64,000 nucleotides of DNA from Camelus ferus (lineage: Eukaryota). The stretch lies in NCBI RefSeq assembly GCF_009834535.1, contig NC_045696.1:53818001-53882000 (forward strand), given 5' to 3'. The notes under the pieces were generated by a model. The model saw nothing but the letters and a program-made list of their open reading frames with translations. It searched no databases and had not been told where the DNA came from. Below, in pieces: positions 42,225-53,898 of this stretch (the stretch's first letter is position 1; every line of letters begins with the position of its first letter). The translations under genes were made by a program, and so were the position numbers.

Positions 42225-44070
42225 TCAACTTTTCTTCTGCTTGTCACTGCTTTTCTTACATTGATCCACGTTGCTCGAATTCATTTAAAGTTGGACAGGA
42301 ATCATTGTAGGCATGAGCAACAGTCAATTTATCCATTCCCTGTCTGATGGACATTTAGGTCAGTCACAGCATTCTGCTAGAATAAGTAATGCTCCACTGA
42401 CATGATCCACACGTTTCCTCGTGCATACTTGAGAGTGGTTCTCAACCTATATAGCTGTATCTCTAAGTATTTTCTTTCTGTTTTATAAGCTATAGGAGAT
42501 ACATGCCATCATCAGCTTAAGATCTTGCCAAATCGCTATTAAATGTGATTGTAACCAAAACCCCTCCTCCCTGCAATATGAACAATATGTTGCTTCCTAA
42601 CATTCTCATCAAGACTTAGTATTGTTAGACTTTTAAATGATTTTTCTAATCTGATGGATGAGAAAGGTACATATCTCAATACTTTACCTTGCATTTCTCT
42701 AATTATGATTAAGTTTGAGAATCTCTTCATGTTTATTAAACATCTCAATTTTCTGTTCTTAAACTTGCCCACTTGTATATACCATGTGCTCATTTTTTAG
42801 TTGGATTTATTTACCTTTTTTTTCTTTTTTTACTGATTTGTATGAGTTGTGTATGTGCTCTGATACCATCTTTGTAGGTTATGAACAATTGCAAGATCTT
42901 CTCAAAGGCAGTGGCTTATACTTTAACTTTGTAAACGGTATTTCTAATTTGATGGTAATAAAATGTAATAAAAATCATCTTTATGGTCTGATATTTTTGG
43001 TCTTATTTCAGAAATCGTTTCCTATATCAGAAAAAGAATACTTACTTGTTTCTAAAAGCTTTTAAATATTGCCTTTCAGATTTTATCTTTTAATCATCTG
43101 AAATTCATTTTAATATATGATACAATAGAAAGATTTAATTTTACTATTCTCCATGTAGCCAACTTTTCTACACCATTTATTGAAATCCATCATTACTTCT
43201 CAAATTACCCCCCATCTACTAAATGCTACTTCATTTCTACATACACTAAATTTCTATATACAGTTAAGTGTGTCTTAAAAATGCTAATCTAGTCACCTAT
43301 CACTGAGCCAATGCCACTCTATCTTAATAACTACAGCTTTATAATATGTCTTGGCATTTGGAAAAGCAAGTTCTCTCTCCCAAAATATCATCTTACTCTT
43401 TTTCAAAATTGTCATCAGCTATTCTTAGATCTTTGCACTTTTAAATATATTTCAGAAATATTTGTTAAATTTTGTAAAAAACCTTTTTGGCTTTTGATTG
43501 GAATTGTGTTGCTTAGTTAACTATTTTTATATTATTTCAGTCCTATTAATGGATATCTATACATCTCCATTGATTATACTTCATTCTTGCCTTTCAATAA
43601 ATATTTTTCTTTTTTTTAAATCAGAGTTTCACACATCCTTTGTTTTTTTTCCTCAGGTAATTTATATCTTCTATTGTTATTATAAATACTGTCATAAAAA
43701 TAATTGTATTTTTGTTTGCATTTGTATAGGAAAGTTGTTGATTTTTGTATATTGATTTTTCTACCTAGTAAACTGACTGAACTCGCTTATTGATAATAAC
43801 TTTTTTTTTCTATGTAGGTGCATGCGAATAATCAAAGTTGTAAGAGTTTTTTGTTTGGCTGTTTGTTTTTTAACTAACCTTCGAATCCTTAGAGCTTTTA
43901 TTTCTTTTCTTGCCTTACTGTCCTGGCTAGGACCTCTGAAAGAATGAACAGTGGAAATAGTGTCCATCTTTATTCTCTTCCTGGTTTTAAAGAAAAAGTT
44001 TCTAAAGCTTCAGTATGAGTTTTATAGGTTTTTGGTAAAGACCTTACATTAGGTATTGAGACTTCCTGTG
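42225..44070 (-). mobile_element. Old L1M (ORF2 3' part, antisense); probably continues at ~41540-41830
   Basis: 'ttatccattccctgtctgatggacatttagg', 'tgcatttctctaattat', 'ttgattggaattgtgtt', 'ctggctaggacctc'. Confidence 0.8.
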
Positions 44071-46119
44071 TATATCTCCTGCCCACCTGGGTAAGCAGCT
44101 TTAGATGAACTTAGCCTCAAGGAACAGTTAGCTCCTGCTTTGTTTCACCCTTCTTTGGCAAGGCCAGGAGCCCCAGCCCGCAGTCAGGTTGTGATCCCAG
44201 CACTTAGCCCCTTACCTCAAGTGATTCGCCCTTAGAATGCACTGCACTGGACCTGGAGCCCAGAGACTTCAATCTGTTGCACTGCTTTGTTTCTAGTGTT
44301 TCTCTTTCAGAGAAACTTACCTAATTTTTAGGTGAAGCTACGTTACTTAATTATCTCATATTTTCTTTGTCTAACATTGCAGTGTTTGGGAGTAGAAGGG
44401 TGCATAAAAGCAAGAACTTGCTACAGTATCTAACTTGGGAGTCATTCTCATCTTTCTCATCCTCTTTCCACCCCCACCCCCCACACCACCCCCTCCACTC
44501 CCGCTCTGCTAGAAGCAAGAGAATGATCTTCTCTCCTGCTCTTATTCACAGCTGCTGAATAGGAAGATCGGGTTAGCTCAAGCCTCTAGCATCCAGGATG
44601 CTTCATCAAGGAGGCTAGAAAAAGCAGTTGCTGTTCAAGGACTTTGGTCACAGATGTGTCAGTGTGGCTGTGGGAACAGGAGAGAGATAAGAGATGAACA
44701 AACAGGATGTGAGTGCACTTTAAGGGCAGTGGATTTCAGCCAAGGAGCACAGTGTGGAGAGGAGAAAGGTCTGCAAACCCTCAATGTTCAGAATATCATT
44801 CGGTTCCTCGGTCATTTAATGTCTTATGATAAATAAAACATGGCATACTAATTTTCAACACTGATGCTGACTTCAGAATGACAGGTTAAAAAGCGTAAAA
44901 AATATTATTTGGTTTTGCAGAACAGTAACTCATTATATTGGAAAATTTGGGTCAGATTAAGTATATTACGGAATTTATTTGAGTCTAACAGCAGACGGTC
45001 TGTATATGTACTCCAGAGTCATGATATACTGTTTATGGGGACTCTTGTATAGTGAAGGCAGAAAAAGTCTAGAAGGAACATGGACCAGAGGCAAACATCA
45101 AGTTAGGAGTATGATCTTTATGCTGCTACACTTTAGCTCTCAGGATTCTGATACTAATCTATAGCAAATGAGCAAATACTGACGCCTTGGACCCGGTCTG
45201 TTCAATTACTTGTTAAGTGGTGACGGAGATTAGAGCAAGAGAACTCCAATTAGAAAAGCATGACCCATATTTTCTGTCAATTACACTAATAAATTGTGCA
45301 CATAATGGAGAAACATAAGAAAAGAGCTAACTTACTATTTATTTCAGGCTAAATCTTTGAAACTGAGTATGTGGGGGTTGCCTGTTTATGTTATCTGGTC
45401 TGTATAAGAAGGAACATTGGACTAGAAGCTAGAAGTCACTGGTTAATTCAGTGCCATTTCCCCATAATGGCATGCTAAGAAGGGGGATTCTGACAAACAT
45501 TTCTTACAATAGTTTCATAGTTTTGCCAACTGAATATTAGAAAAATCTCTCTTCTACCGAATTTCCCTTAATTTTGAAAGTAATTTCTTATCTCCTTAGA
45601 CATTATATCTATGGACTTCCCCCTTGAATGCACCCCAATAGCCACAACCACCACAACAAAACTCCCTTGACCATATAACAGCTGTTGAATTGTTAAGGAA
45701 GAAACAGATTCCTGAGCTTTTTCCTGTGTGGATCTATTCCAGGGCAGAAGGGTTTTAGAGTCAATATTTTGCAGCAGAGCAGTGCATTAAAGCACTTCCA
45801 AAGCATCAGGGAGCTGCGAGCCAGCAAAATTCCTACAGTTCACAACCACATCCATCCCCTTTGAGCCATGCTGTTTAATTCCTGGAGCCTACTACTTGGA
45901 TAATGTCGGAACGCCAGGGAAATGACTGAAAAGCTATAATAGGTTAAAAAAAAAAAAGTATATGTATATGCATTGGGCATGGGCAGAATGAGCAGTTTTA
46001 TTTAGAAGGGTGTCCACTTGGTTGCTATGAAGAAATATACAAAAATACATGCAACAACATGTAAAAAATTCATGAAGTATATATACTTTAGGAAATACAT
46101 ACATAGGAAATGATGAGGG

Positions 46120-46508
46120 CCCACTGTCACGCACATCCATGATAATCCTTTAGGACCAATATATTCAGTGTCCCAGGTGCCTGGAGGTGTGCCAGGTTGC
46201 TGATGGCTCATAGCTGGGTCCCTCTCCAGTAAAATCTTGCTGAAGTACTTCACTCAAGGTTATACTTCTTTCCAATGGGCAACACCTAACAACTGGTGAT
46301 AGAAATGCCTGGTTCTCTGGCTTTAGCTGGGTAAAGGGGGCCATCCTAGCTTTGGCTGAGGCCTTTGCTGTCTCGTTGCCTTTCACTCAACTTTACCCTC
46401 TGCCCAGTCCCACTTGCCCTCACAGATATTGTTTCCAAGAGCCTCCCCAAAACCTCTGTAAGTGATTCCCTGTTTGAGTCTCTTTCTCAGGAAACCTGAC
46501 TTAAACTG
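46120..46508 (+). mobile_element. LTR16-type 5' LTR of an ERV-L provirus
   Basis: 'ttggctgaggcctttg...caactttaccctctgcccagtcc...gagtctctttctcaggaaacctgacttaaaac'; homologous to 49540-49753. Confidence 0.75.
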
Positions 46509-49500
46509 TTGATACCAGAAGTGAGCCTAGGAAAGACTTTAAAACAGGATCTGGGAGCCGGATTACTCACTAGAGTGCTGACAGTGAGTCCCTCAGCTCT
46601 AGTGGCAGGTTGAGCACCAACAGCCCCTGGCATATGGTTACAGTACAGTTGTTAAAACTTTCAGCAGTGCAGATGCAGAATCTCAGGTCTGAGAGGTCTG
46701 GGGAAATAATAATTATAAGGACTATGGAATCAGATGACTATTGCTGGGGACCATCTGTGCCTTGGAGAAAGACAACAAAAGGCTAAAGGTGATTAATTAA
46801 TCATCAACACTAGAGAAAGTGTGAATACCAGAAGGCCTTCTTGGCCACACGTGGACTCTCTTCTCTGACAGACAGAGGGTGTAAAAACTGAGGATCGACC
46901 CGAGACTTAATTACAAGAGCAGCAGAGCTCCAGGTAAAGTTGAATTCCCAGCCCTACCAAGTCCACTACCAAGGTTAATAGTGGGACTCTGAGAGTGAGG
47001 GTGGGGCATCTGGCTTGGGCTGTCAAACACTGTGACTTCTTAGGATCCTCAAAGCATCCTGGGCCTCCAAAAGAATCCCACGCTCACCTGCTATATAAAT
47101 TTATCCCTTATTTGAAAATAACACAAAAGCTCTTCTTTTGCAAGACAACAAGCCCTCTGAGAGCTACCACCACTTCTCTCAGAGGTCAGGCAAATAACCA
47201 GGAGCAAATTTCAACATAAACTGGCCAGGGAGGTGTTGAGCCAATTAGGGGAAATAGGGTTGATATGATGTGATAATACTTTGAAGGAGCTTCAGTATTT
47301 TGCTAACAGGTACTGGCAGGAGCTGGGGTTGAACATATGGGCCTAGATCCTATGAGGTAGTATTTCTGGAACCGGATCTTGAAGATGCTGATCAATAAAA
47401 ACGAAAAATAAAGTTGGGTAAGAGTTTACTAATATGGTGGCATTCTCCCATGATACAGGATTTAACACGCTAGCAAGGACACTGGGAGATGATGATCCTA
47501 GGGTAACTTAGGAAGGTTGGATAAAGTGATGGTCCATACTGAGTAGAAATGCTAAGTCTTTCACGGTAAACGGCAGAAGAGTTCAGAGAAGTGGATATCC
47601 GAGGTCAGGGAGCCTAGCAGATGACTGTATTCCATGGTATAGTTTCTTTACCGAAGCAATATGGGATTTGCTGGTAAGAAAGACACCAGCATCAATAATC
47701 ACAGTGATGGCCATTCTCCACACAGGGCTGATGGTACGAGATCATATTAAAAAAATTGCTGTCTCTAATAGCAATAAAAATGGCTGGATCCGCAAATAAC
47801 AGAGGCCAGGAAGGAGCCCTAAACCCTCAGATGCAAGGTAGTATGTACAGTTACTGTAATGAATGGCGTTGTCAAAGTAGCAGTCAGGCTGGAGGATGGT
47901 GGTTTGGGATGCAAGCGGGTCTGACCCACACAGAGGTATAAAATGGTTAGTAGAACACAATCCCTAGGACCAAATCAGATGGGTAGCCAATAAACGTGTT
48001 GCTCAATCTACAACAACAATGACAACATTCAGATATTTGATCAGAAGGCTGAGGGTGACAGCTAATATAAAAAGTCATTAACTCAAGTCCAGTTTTCAGA
48101 ACTGGGCTAGTTCTCAGACCTGGAGCCCTCTGGCTGAAGAAGAGGCTGGGTCTCTATCAGGAGGGATACTGACACTTAGCTCTTACTCATGGCCTATAGA
48201 CACCGACTTAAGTCATCACACACTGGGGAAATGAGGGTACCTAGAGATTTCTAGGAGTCTTGGACGAAGGTCCAAACTGGCATTATTACGCATTGACCTG
48301 AAGCGTCACAATGGCCCCATGTAAGTAGGGTGCACACATGCGCTAGGCATCAGAGTCCTGACCCAGGTCAACTCACATTTGTAATTTGTAATTGTAACTC
48401 AAATGGAATTGAAACGGACATACTTAGTAGCTGACAGGATATCCACGTAGGTTCCTTGATCTGATAAGAGCTATCACAGTGGGGGAGGTGATACAGAAAT
48501 CTCTGGAACTGCCGCCATCTCAGTCAAAACTGAAATTCATTAACAAGATTGCATCATGAGAAGACTGTCAGAATTAGGGGCCACCCTTAGAGTATGCAGA
48601 GGTGGTTGTTCCCATCATATCTCCATTTATTCACTAGTTTGGCCCCAACAAAAAACAGGATTCTGAAGGATGACAGTGAACCACCAAAACAACCAAGTGA
48701 TGCTCAGTTGCAGCTGCTGAACAAAATGTGGTAATCTGCTAGAACACGCCAACATAGCCTCAGGTATGTGGCATATGTAGCCATTGATTTGGTAGATGCG
48801 TTCTTTTCCATCTTTATCAGGAAGGAAAACGAGAAGTGGTTCACATTCACGTTGGAAAAACAAAAGCATTATAATCTTGTCAGAGGGCTTGTTAAATATC
48901 TCACCCTCTGTCATAATTTACTCCAAATGTATCTGGATCACTGAGACATGCCACAGATCACATTTATCCACTATGTGTCCACTATCTTGAGACTATTTTA
49001 AATGAACTCAAAAAGCAAAAAATATTAGAGGCTTTGGTAAGAGAAGTAAGCTCCAAAGATTCAGGGATGCGCCATATTAGCAAATTTTTAGGGGTTCTGT
49101 CATCTTGACCAAGCTAAAGGAAAAGACACGTTATAGCATCTTGCACCTCTCGCCACAAGGCATAATGTCAGCTAGGCCTCTTTGATTTCAGGCAGAAGAA
49201 TATTTTACACTTGAAAAACTGTTCTGACTCATTTCCTGTGTGATATGAAAAGGTGACAGCTATGAGAGGGCTGGGAGAAGGAAAGAGCTCTCAAGCAGAT
49301 CTTAGCTACCTTGCTTGCAATCCTGCCACTTGGACCATACGATGCATCAGACCCTACGGTATTGTAACTGTCTTGAGAAAAACACTTATGCAGTTATGGC
49401 AAGCCTGATCTAGCTCTTGCTGCTGCTAAACGTCCAAACTACCAGCCACAGAGACCAGTGCTTAGTAGGTGACATGGCACCATCCCTCCAGGAGAGCAAC

Positions 49501-49537
49501 AAATTACTGCTAGAGGTTGGTTACAGTGGGTCCCTTC
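46509..49537 (+). mobile_element. ERV-L (ERV3-16A3-like) internal region with decayed gag-pro-pol
   Basis: Leu-type PBS-like TGATACCAGAAGTGAG at 46511-46526; RT motifs across frameshifts at ~48600-48920 (VVVPIISPF, RMTV, AIDLVDAFFSI, LCHNL); integrase-like remnant at ~49420-49537. Confidence 0.85.
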
Positions 49538-49539
49538 AA

Positions 49540-49753
49540 CCCTTTGTCTCAACTGGGATAAGCCCAACGGGCCATCTCACCTCCTGAGGTCCCTATAAAA
49601 TGAGCTGAGCTACATTGCAGTCGAGCTTCCCCCCTGCCCAATCCTGCTTCCCTTGTCCCTTGCAGGTGTTGTCCTGAGAGCACTCCTCAGTAAATCTCCT
49701 ATAAACAAACTTCTGACTCATAGTCTGTTTCCCAGATAATCCAATCTAAGACA
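49540..49753 (+). mobile_element. LTR16-type 3' LTR (3' half only)
   Basis: 'ctgcccaatcctgcttcc...caggtgttgtcctgagagcactcctcagtaaa...ccaatctaagaca'. Confidence 0.85.
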
Positions 49754-50452
49754 GATAGGAAGGTCCAGGACTTCCCCACTGCTGTAAGTCATTACCTTCA
49801 GAAGAGAGCATGAATGAATATCAATGGTCATTTTTCTACCTCTGCAAATTCAGTAAAATGGTATTATTTCTCATTTGAAATAAGAATTTTCTTTTTGCTC
49901 AAGGAGGAGTTAGCAGCAATAATTTGGAGAAAGAAATGATTTTATTCACATTATACTGAAGTGACTCATTGTCTCTCTGTCATGAGCTGGAAAGTCATAG
50001 AATTAGGTCTCAGTATAGACCCCATGTATACATGCAGTCTACCAGAGGGCTTTAAGCAAGTAACACTGCCTCAATGTGTACATTATAAATGTGAAGTTGA
50101 GAGGGATTAGTTGCCTTGCCTAAGCTGCATAGCTGGGTTAGTGCTTAAGGGGAAATCAGAAACTAGATCTATCAATACTTACTTAGTAGAATCTTTTTTT
50201 TTTTCTTCTGTTAACATGCTATCCTTCTAAGTCTTTGAAACCTATTAAAGTCTAAGTAAAATAAGTCATTTTAATGGGAATATTTCACCTATTTCTAAAG
50301 AGCTACTTGCTAAAATATTGTATGCATTTTCAGAATATCATTATATGATGCTCATTATTCCATGGGGGAAAAGAGTTATAACTTGGATAGTTTTTGTTGG
50401 GGAGAAAAATGAAAGAAAGGATTTGTCTATAAGACCACCTTAAATAGAACTA

Positions 50453-50668
50453 CAGTTGACCCTTGAACAACACAGGGGTTAGGGGCACCAACACTGCCTA
50501 GAGTGGAAAACCCACATACAATTTTACAGTCTACCCTCCATATCCTCGGTTTCACATTCACGGATTCAACTAACCTCGAATTGTGTATTGCAGTATGCGT
50601 TTATTTAAAAAAATCCTCATATAAGTGGACATAAGCAGTTCAAATCCATGTTGTTCAAGGGTTATTTG
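50453..50668. mobile_element. Tigger2-derived MITE (MER8-like)
   Basis: TIRs CAGTTGACCCTTGAACAACA and TGTTGTTCAAGGGTTATTTG, flanked by TA on both sides. Confidence 0.9.
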
Positions 50669-51658
50669 TACATTAAAAAAAAAAAAGAGAGAGAGAGAGA
50701 GCCCATGAGATCCCAGATTTCCGTGGAAAACAAAAATCTTTCAAAGAGTCAAGAAGACATTTCATTTATATTTCAAAGAATGAATTTTGGATAGTAACTT
50801 ATTTCAGTAATCACAACCTTCATAATCAGGTAAATATTCTGAATTAATCCAACTCTCTTAAGATTCTGTTTAGGTTCAATGCAACACTTTCTATTCTTAG
50901 CAGTAATGACAAATAAACCTGAGATGTTACCAGTACATTCTTTGGACTATTGCTATGAAATGAAAATTCTGTGTGACTTACTTATAATCAAATTATCCAC
51001 TGACCAAAAGTTGTATATCTTTATATACCAAAGAGCTAACTAGATTAAGGAAATGAAATATACATAGCTGATAAATAACCCAGGTAGAACCCACATTTAG
51101 AGTCTATTCTGACTTTATCCTAAATCGAAATAAAATTACAGCTTAGGATCAAAAAGGGTATAAAAAAACCAGAAAATAAAAGGACTGGCCAAGAATCTTT
51201 AAAAAAAAATGACATAAATGAGAAAAATGGAATTAATTTTACTTAATGGCAAAAAAAACCCAAAACAAAACAGGAAAACGAAATTTTAAATAAAGAAAAG
51301 AAAGCAGTAATATTTCAAGAGCAATGCCCTTCTTAGAATATGTTTTTTTCTTTAACAGTTGAAGTATTTGGCTCATCATGACAATGAAAACAGGGAAGAA
51401 AGTATGCTCTGCTGGTTACAAACTGAGCCACTGTGGTTGTACCAGGGATTAAAAGACTGGAGTCAGAGGAATCAACTCAGGGCACTGGCTCTATCCTGGC
51501 CAACTGACTTACAAAGCTCACTTAGTTTCTCTGTGCCTTAATACTTTATTTAAAAAATGAAGCCAGGGGACAGTCAATGGTACCCCTTCTAGTCCTACAA
51601 TTCTACGGCAATTCCCCCCAAGCCCCAGGCTTATTTTTTTAAAAGACATAAAAAGTGG

Positions 51659-51806
51659 TTTTATTTATTTATTTATTTGTTTTGGCAGGGGGAGGTAATT
51701 TGATTGATTGATTGTTATTATTATATTTTTTATGGAGTTACTGGAGATTGAACCCAGGGCCTCGTGCATACTAAACATGCACTCTACCACTGAGCTATAC
51801 CCACTT
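51659..51806 (-). mobile_element. Camelid tRNA-Ala-derived SINE (Vic-1 type)
   Basis: 'gattgaacccagggcctc...ctctaccactgagctatacc'; flanking AAAAAGTG at 51650 and 51811. Confidence 0.9.
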
Positions 51807-51859
51807 CAGCAAAAAGTGAATTTAGACATATTTATTGAGCACAGACTCTATTAATAATG

Positions 51860-52075
51860 CTTTTCATTTACATAGAACTTAACACTTTTACAAGTTTGTT
51901 TCCATCCCTTATGCCAAATAATATCCACAGTGAAGCTGTGAGATGAGTAATCAATCGTATCTCCACTTTAAAAATGAGGGAATGCACACTCAAAGAAGTT
52001 AAGTAAGTTGTCCAGGATTACAGAGGATCCACAGACAAACTGAACTCAAAGCTGGATGTCCACACTCCAAGGCTG
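51860..52075 (-). mobile_element. MIR SINE
   Basis: 'tctccactttaaaaatgaggga...agaagttaagtaagttgtccagg'. Confidence 0.6.
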
Positions 52076-52439
52076 CCCCACTATTCAAATGACCAACAAT
52101 TGGAAATGAAGAGCTTCTTTGAAGGAGATCCCATTGGATCTAAAACGTACTCATTGGTCTGAAATTATTTCAGAATTCTCACGAATGTGCAGTGCACGAC
52201 TAGGAGAGATGGAAATATAGAAAGCCCAAATTCACTTAAATGCGTACGCAGTTAATCATATCTTGGTGAGTGCCTCTAGACAGGTTCATATTTTCATTAT
52301 TTCAAAATGCAGTTAGATTTTAGAAAAATCTAAAAATTGTTTTAAAATCTTTTAAAATTACTAAAAATCAGTAACTTTTAAAAGTGTGCTACCTGTTCTA
52401 ACACCTACTCTCAGAAATATGATGATATCTTTTGCAGGT

Positions 52440-52710
52440 ATTAACCACACTCCCCAAAAAAGAGGTTCTATGGTTCAAAAAGATTAGGGAATGCTGATTT
52501 CAATTAATTAAAGTTAACTTTAACCCATGCATAGGTGAATCAGGATGTCATTAGTACAGGACATTTCAGAGCCTTTAATATGTTACTATGTATTGTGAAT
52601 TATCTAAAGGAGGGGATAATATTCATATATCTAAGATTTACTTGAGAATTAACTTTTTTAAGGTAAAAATATTTCAAAAAACTTCTGTTACGTGGAGTTT
52701 GGGAATTTTG
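52440..52710. mobile_element. Old hAT-Charlie-type DNA transposon fragment
   Basis: 'caggacatttcagagcctttaatatgtta...tgtgaattatctaaaggagggga'. Confidence 0.5.
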
Positions 52711-53499
52711 TTTTCTAACAGCTGGAAAGTGCCTTAGAAATGATTTATTTTAACTTTTACAAGTATCAATGAGTAAAATGAAACCCGAGAGGTTGAGTAA
52801 CTTGCTCAGAGTCACACAGTTAGTGGCCTGGCTCATGGCCTTCTGACTCCCCCAAGACTACTGTTTTTATTTCATATACTCTATTTCTGTATACTAATAT
52901 GAGAATATGAGTGGTAAAAATAGTTTTGTCACCGGATACATATTTGGCACAAACTCATTTAGCATCCATCTAAACCATATATAGTAAATTATCTTTCTAA
53001 ATCTAAAATATTCATTTATTAGAGTAGGTTTTATCATAAATTCAACATATTTTAACCATGTTAATTTTCTGAATTAATTATGACAGTCAACCTTATAAAA
53101 TAATTTAGTGTTTTGTCTTCTTTTACAAATGTTAGAATCTTTAAAAAACAAGAAGATATGTTTTAATGAAGAGGGAAAACAAAATCATATCAATTAAGCG
53201 TCAACAGTGGGCCCACCACTTTCCCTACAATGTCTTCATTCAGTTCTCAAGATAACTAAAAAAAATAAATAACATAAAAAATTCTTAGTTCTGTTTTCAA
53301 TGGGAGATGAAAATAAGGCTCAGAATGTCAATTAAGATGTCTTATTACTTGGCCAACTAGTAGAGGATTAGAGATTGCAATGTAGTTTTGTGTGGACAAT
53401 AATTTAATTCTTTAAGCTTCCATTTTCCTTTTTTTTTTTTTATGAAATTGGAGTAATATCTACTTATATCAAATGTGATGAATATTAAAACATTTTAAT

Positions 53500-53581
53500 G
53501 GGGAGGGGGAGGGTATAGCTCAATGGTACAGTGCATGCCTAGCATGCAGGAGGTCCTGGGTTCAATCCCCAGTACCTCCAC

Positions 53582-53622
<41 letters not shown>

Positions 53623-53700
53623 ATCTAATTACCTCCCACACAAAAAACAAAGAAACAAAAAAATGAACAAATTAGATAAATAAAAAAGACTTCAAAAAAT
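53500..53700 (+). mobile_element. Camelid tRNA-Ala-derived SINE with (TAAA)n tract
   Basis: 'gggtatagctcaatggta...gcatgcaggaggtcctgggttcaatccccagtacctcca', (TAAA)~9, 'ctaattacctccc'. Confidence 0.9.
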
Positions 53701-53722
53701 GAATATGAAAAAGTAACCAACA

Positions 53723-53850
53723 GCGGGAAGGGTGTAGCTCAGTGGTAGAGCACATGCTTAGCCTGTGCAAGGTCATGGGTTCAATCCCCAGTACCTCCAT
53801 TATAAATAAATAAATAAAAACCTAATCACACCCCCCAAAAAAATTTTTTA
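53723..53850 (+). mobile_element. Camelid tRNA-Ala-derived SINE (5' part of chimeric insertion)
   Basis: 'gggtgtagctcagtggtagagcacatgcttagc...gggttcaatccccagtacctcca'; TSD AAAAAGTAACCAACA at 53708-53722. Confidence 0.9.
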
Positions 53851-53860
53851 AACTTAATTT

Positions 53861-53898
53861 GCATAGGTGGTACAATGGTAAGCACAGCTGCCTTCCAA
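53861..53898 (+). pseudogene. 5'-half tRNA-Gly(TCC) retropseudogene
   Basis: GCATAGGTGGTACAATGGTAAGCACAGCTGCCTTCCAA matches 33/38 to remembered mammalian tRNA-Gly-TCC 5' half (GCGTTGGTGGTATAGTGGTAAGCATAGCTGCCTTCCAA) and stops in the anticodon loop. Confidence 0.85.
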
